The notes beneath the pieces were generated by a model. It did not search any database and was not told the origin of the DNA. It saw nothing but the letters and a program-made list of their open reading frames with translations. Positions 59,614 to 64,000 of a DNA stretch of 64,000 bases are shown here, piece after piece. Source of the DNA: Candidatus Aenigmatarchaeota archaeon (GTDB lineage: Archaea; Aenigmatarchaeota; Aenigmatarchaeia; Aenigmatarchaeales; Aenigmatarchaeaceae); contig JBDRJK010000011.1 of assembly GCA_043814985.1 (NCBI GenBank), positions 1-64,000 of the forward strand. Direction: 5' to 3'. Position 1 is the stretch's first letter. Each line of letters opens with the position of its first letter. The position numbers and the translations under genes were made by a program.

Positions 59614-60975
59614 ATGTTAAACAATTATTCTCCAAAAATAAGGAATGTTCTGAAAAAGGGTAAGATAAAGGTTGGAGACAGGATTTCTGTTACAAAAGGT
59701 AAGAAGACTTATGAGGGCCTGTTGATGCCTAGAGCCGAGATAGGAGATTTGAATTCTATTGTAATTAAATTGGATAATGGTTACAACATAGGCATAAGGT
59801 TTGAGAAAGGAACAAAAGTTAATAAGAGCAAGAAGAGAGAGCCCAGGAAAATCAAGGATGAGATGAAGTTCGAGATGGGTAAGGAGAAGTTCAAGAAACT
59901 GAAATTCGATCCTAAGAAGCCTAAAGTAGCTCTTATAATGACTGGTGGAACTATTGCTTCTAGAGTTGATTACAAGACAGGCGGTGTCAGAGCCTTGGAA
60001 AAGCCAGAGGAGCTTGTGGCCAATGTTCCTGAACTGAAGGATATAATCTACATAAAGGATGTTTCCACTCCCTTTAGGAAGATGTCTGAGGACTTGGGTC
60101 CAAAGGACTGGCAGAAGTTGGCAAAGGTAGTAGCAAGAGAATTGAATAAAAACAGGGGAGTGATAATTGCTCATGGAACAGACACTATGCATTATACTGC
60201 TGCTGCCTTGTCTTTCATGCTGAAGAACGTCTCCAAGCCAGTTGTTTTAGTTGGTTCACAGAGGTCTTCTGACAGAGGAAGTTCTGATTCTTCAATGAAC
60301 CTTATCTGCGCTGCCCATGTTGCCATATCAGACATCGGGGAAGTTGGAATATGCATGCACGGCTCAACAGACGACCATTACTGCTATTTCACAAGAGGAG
60401 TAAGTGCACGAAAACTTCATAGTACCAGAAGAGATGCTTTTAAGTCAGTTAACGAGCCGCCCCTGGCAAAAGTCTTTCCAAGCGGCAAGATTTCAATTAT
60501 TAACAAGAATCATAAGAAAAGGGGTGATAAGAAAGTAATAGCTGATGTCAAGTTCGAGCCCAAGGTTGCTTTACTGAAAGTTTATCCAGGAAGCGATCCA
60601 GAGATTATGGAATTTTTGCTCAAGAAAGGCTACAAGGGATTTGTCATTGAGGGAACTGGAATGGGACATGTTCCTACATCAGCTGAAAAGTCCTGGATAC
60701 CTACCATTAAGAAATTGACAAAGAAGGGCATACCAGTTGTCATCACAACGCAGACAATATACGGCAGGGTCAATCCTGATGTTTACACGAACCTGAGAAT
60801 CCTGTTCCACGAGGCAGGGGCGATTCCTGCGGAAGATATGCTTAGTGAAGTTGCATACATAAAACTTGGTTGGTTGCTAGCACATTATAAGAATATAAAC
60901 GATGTAAGGAAAATGATGTTAACCAACATGGTGGGAGAAATAAGAGACAGGTCTACTATTGATTCCTTCTTTTAG
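59614..60975 (+). CDS. gatD: Glu-tRNA(Gln) amidotransferase subunit D
   Basis: KLDNGYNIG, TGGTIASRVDY, HGTDT, SQRSSDRGSSD. Confidence 0.97.
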   Translation: MLNNYSPKIRNVLKKGKIKVGDRISVTKGKKTYEGLLMPRAEIGDLNSIVIKLDNGYNIGIRFEKGTKVNKSKKREPRKIKDEMKFEMGKEKFKKLKFDPKKPKVALIMTGGTIASRVDYKTGGVRALEKPEELVANVPELKDIIYIKDVSTPFRKMSEDLGPKDWQKLAKVVARELNKNRGVIIAHGTDTMHYTAAALSFMLKNVSKPVVLVGSQRSSDRGSSDSSMNLICAAHVAISDIGEVGICMHGSTDDHYCYFTRGVSARKLHSTRRDAFKSVNEPPLAKVFPSGKISIINKNHKKRGDKKVIADVKFEPKVALLKVYPGSDPEIMEFLLKKGYKGFVIEGTGMGHVPTSAEKSWIPTIKKLTKKGIPVVITTQTIYGRVNPDVYTNLRILFHEAGAIPAEDMLSEVAYIKLGWLLAHYKNINDVRKMMLTNMVGEIRDRSTIDSFF

Positions 60976-62167
60976 CAGAGAAGATGGAATCCCGGTTTTT
61001 AATGAAAATTTTTACTGAATTCATATCCTTATTAATATTTTCCCTCCCTTCATTATTGACTTTCTTGTATTGTAGAATTTTATTTAAGAGTGCCAATTTT
61101 TTATACGGGTTTAATTCAAAGATGTCATTTTTGTATAGCTTCAGAAAACCATCTAGATTCGTTATTATAATTCTAGGAGGAGATGTTGATGTGGCCTTTG
61201 AAGGGGACGACTTTATATCTAAAAGATTTAGGCATTGGTTTGCCACAGCTAATTCATTATTGTTAACTGAAGCGAATTGAACTGCTCTATCATAACTTCC
61301 TACGTAAGCCTCTCCGGCTAAATAACCTTTGAGATAGTATACTGCTAACTTTCTGTTGCCAATTACTTTCTCTTTAACATGCTCCAATAGTTTTAATATG
61401 ACTCTTCTAAAGATGGTGTTATTGTAATAGATATCTGTAGAACCCCATGGAACATTTTTCCTCATCTTGCCCTTTGTATTTTTAGTATAGTGTGGCGAAC
61501 TAGATTGCTCATTATTGGGACTTAATTTTGTAGTTTTTAGCCAAAACTCTCTAGATGCCTTTTCATCAGATTCTGTATACTTTCTCTTAAGTTTTCCATT
61601 GAAGATTATTCTCCATTTCAGTTTTTCAGGGCTTATTTTAAAGAATTTGAAAAAATCTAAAATCCTTTGTATCATAACAGGTTCGCTGTTAACAAATTCT
61701 AAGCTCTTTGGATTAGTCTTTGTCGCTTCAGCCACTAACAGACCGCAAGAAGACACAATTAACTCATTTAAGGGTATTTCTTTAGGGATAAACATGTAAT
61801 GATTTTTATAGCCTTTGTTGTAGTGTGAAGTACTGTACCAAAGATATGAATAATTTTCTGGTACAACTTTTTTGATTTCTATCCTTTTTACCAGCCTCCA
61901 TTTATCTGAGAATCTGAATGATTTATTGATTTTTCTTCCTTCCGTTCTTTTGACAATTTTCTTATTTTCAAGATTTGATAGGACTTTTCTTACTGTCCTC
62001 TTTTTATAGTTTGAGGACTTGTATATTTCTTTTGTTGTTTTGGAACCATCTTGCAACAAGTCCGTGACCCTCAAATCCAAAGGCATTTTGTCTATAATTT
62101 TTTCTCCACTATTCGAGACTTTAATTTTACTGTCATTTTTTACCAATTCCTTTGTTAGAATTTTCAT
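60956..62167 (-). mobile_element. free-standing double-motif LAGLIDADG endonuclease-like protein with N-terminal winged helix
   Basis: CGLLVAEAT...FVNSEP and YLKGYLAGEAYV motifs; HTH KTTKEI...TVRKVLSNLE; AT-rich. Confidence 0.75.
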
Positions 62168-62220
62168 ATATCTTAGTTCCTCTATCTATATTTAAAAAGT
62201 TTTGTACAACTTATATAAGT

Positions 62221-62291
62221 GCTAAAAAAATGTTAATTGGTATTATGATAGATATTACAAAGAGGACAGAGATAGAGACTTTTATGGTGTA
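62221..62291 (+). pseudogene. degenerate displaced 3' end of gatD
   Basis: AKKMLIGIMIDITKRTEIET aligns in register with GatD RKMMLTNMVGEIRDRSTIDS. Confidence 0.55.
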
Positions 62292-62295
62292 GAAA

Positions 62296-62607
62296 ATGGT
62301 AGAAATGACAAAACAAGAAGAATTTTTAAATTTAATAGAGAAAATTGACGGAAAGAATCCAAGATTGTTTTTGGAACTGTTTATGAAAAAATATAATCAT
62401 GAAATAACTGATTATTGTTATGTGACAAGTTGCGAGCACAATCATATTGAAGGTACTTCCCACAAAGCTTTCTTTTATGAGATATTGGACGGTTCCCAAT
62501 TGTGGGTAAAGGATTCCATAGGTAAGATAGTCACCATATCTTACAATAATTACAGAAAAGATGTCATGGAAGTCTGGAGGGAGCGTCAAAAAAGGAGGAA
62601 TGGCTAG
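62296..62607 (+). CDS. hypothetical protein
   Basis: 103-aa ORF abutting gatE. Confidence 0.6.
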   Translation: MVEMTKQEEFLNLIEKIDGKNPRLFLELFMKKYNHEITDYCYVTSCEHNHIEGTSHKAFFYEILDGSQLWVKDSIGKIVTISYNNYRKDVMEVWRERQKRRNG

Positions 62608-64000
62608 ATGACCGATTACAAAAAGATAGGTTTCAAATGTGGAATAGAAATTCATAATCGTCTAGACACGAAAACAAAACTGTTCTGCAACTGCAAACCA
62701 AGATTCTCTGAATCAAAACCAATCTCATTAATCAAGAGAAAACTCAGGGCAGTGGCAGGAGAAACTGGACAAGTGGATGTTGCTGCATTATATGAATATC
62801 TGAGAGATAGGACATTCTTCTACCAGTGCTATCCTGATGAAACATGTTTGATATGCATAGACGAGGAGCCTCCAAAGTCTGTAAACAAGGAAGCATTGAA
62901 TGTTTCGTTGCAGGTAGCAAAGCTTTTGAAAGCGGAAATACCAGATGAAATCCATATAATGAGGAAAACTGTTATTGATGGTTCTAACACCTGCGCCTTC
63001 CAGAGAACAGCAATCGTAGGTATGAACGGAGTCTTGAAGACATCACAAGGAGACGTTGGAATAACTAATATTTCTTTGGAGGAAGAATCAGCAGGCAAAG
63101 TAAAAAAAGAAGGCAATGAACTAACCTACAGATTAGACAGATTGGGCATTCCTCTTGTTGAAATGGGGACAGCACCTGACATAAAGAGTCCTGAGCATGC
63201 AAAAGAAGTTGCTGAGAAGCTGGGAATGATGATAAGGTCAACAGGCAAGAGCCAGAGAGGTATTGGTGTTACAAGACAGGACGTCAATGTTTCAATCAAA
63301 GGTGGAGCAAGAGTCGAGATAAAGGGAGTTCAAGAATTGGACATGATACCCCAGCTGATTAATAATGAAATCAAGAGGCAGCAGGAAATGATAAAGAAAG
63401 GAAAGAAACCCAAAGAAGAAACCAGAATAGCAAAAGCAGATGGGACAACCGAATTCACAAGGCCCCTGCCAGGAGGAGAACGATTATACCCGGAGACTGA
63501 TCTGGAGAGCATTGTAATTACAAAGCCATTCCTTTCAAAGATAAAGGTTCCTGAGACATGGGACCAGAAGGCAAAAAGATTCAAGAACAAATTGCCAAAA
63601 GAAATGGTTGATCAAATACTAAGAAGCGAATACTTGGATTTGTTTGAAAAGTTTTCCAAAACTTACAATCCTGTTTTGGTTGCCAATACATTCACATCAA
63701 CTGTAAAGGACTTGAGTCGCCAAGGTCTTGAGACAGAATTTACTGAAGAACAGTTTGATAATATTTTCTCTTCTGTTAAGAACAAAACAATTTCAAAGGA
63801 AGCTATACCTAACATTCTGGAAATAGTTGCCAGGGAAAAAACTTCTGTTGAGCAGGCAATAAAGAAGAGCGGCCTCAAGGGCATGTCAGAGGATGATTTG
63901 AGAAAGATAGTGAAGAAAGTAATTGAAAAACACCCTAACCTAGTCGAGCAAAAAAGAATCCCCCCTCTAATGGGAATAGTAATGAAGGAAGTCAGGGGAA
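62608..64000 (+). CDS. gatE: Glu-tRNA(Gln) amidotransferase subunit E, runs off the window; lacks AspRS-like insertion
   Basis: manual translation MTDYKKIGFKCGIEIH, IDGSNT..FQRT, DRLGIPL, RQDVNVSI, EIKGVQ, RPLPG..RLYPETD. Confidence 0.95.
   Translation, partial: MTDYKKIGFKCGIEIHNRLDTKTKLFCNCKPRFSESKPISLIKRKLRAVAGETGQVDVAALYEYLRDRTFFYQCYPDETCLICIDEEPPKSVNKEALNVSLQVAKLLKAEIPDEIHIMRKTVIDGSNTCAFQRTAIVGMNGVLKTSQGDVGITNISLEEESAGKVKKEGNELTYRLDRLGIPLVEMGTAPDIKSPEHAKEVAEKLGMMIRSTGKSQRGIGVTRQDVNVSIKGGARVEIKGVQELDMIPQLINNEIKRQQEMIKKGKKPKEETRIAKADGTTEFTRPLPGGERLYPETDLESIVITKPFLSKIKVPETWDQKAKRFKNKLPKEMVDQILRSEYLDLFEKFSKTYNPVLVANTFTSTVKDLSRQGLETEFTEEQFDNIFSSVKNKTISKEAIPNILEIVAREKTSVEQAIKKSGLKGMSEDDLRKIVKKVIEKHPNLVEQKRIPPLMGIVMKEVRG

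Noticed and set aside
1..64000. CRISPR array, rRNA or complete tRNA genes
   Set aside because: No regularly spaced repeats or full cloverleaf found by eye; only tRNA-like 3' fragments. A covariance-model scan could still find something.

Overview
Gene-dense archaeal chromosome segment; gene content, compact genes and GGTGA-type ribosome-binding sites suggest a DPANN lineage, possibly Aenigmarchaeota-like (inference). The core contains rps24e/rps27ae, kae1, a purE-like/purC/purB cluster, aCPSF1-psmB-proS, mre11-rad50, metG, sepF, the exosome/proteasome/RNase P superoperon (rpl15e to pfdB), nreA, ychF and gatD/gatE. About 39.6-53.8 kb is a cluster of secreted/surface genes. The most striking observation is repeated gene-terminus replacement. 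Two free-standing LAGLIDADG genes each overlap a conserved gene end (nreA 5' end, gatD 3' end), and an apparent displaced copy of that end lies on the far side of the endonuclease. A third insertion (S8 protease plus HEPN-MNT pair) is bounded by a 141-bp diverged duplicate of the ychF 3' end. Other points: GatE without its AspRS-like insertion, probable ACG/ATA start codons, a duplicated-fold PurE, tRNA-Leu-like att relics, a recurring GCGTAAT motif near an unannotated RHH regulator, and a frame-broken giant surface protein. All calls come from reading motifs by eye; no searches were run.
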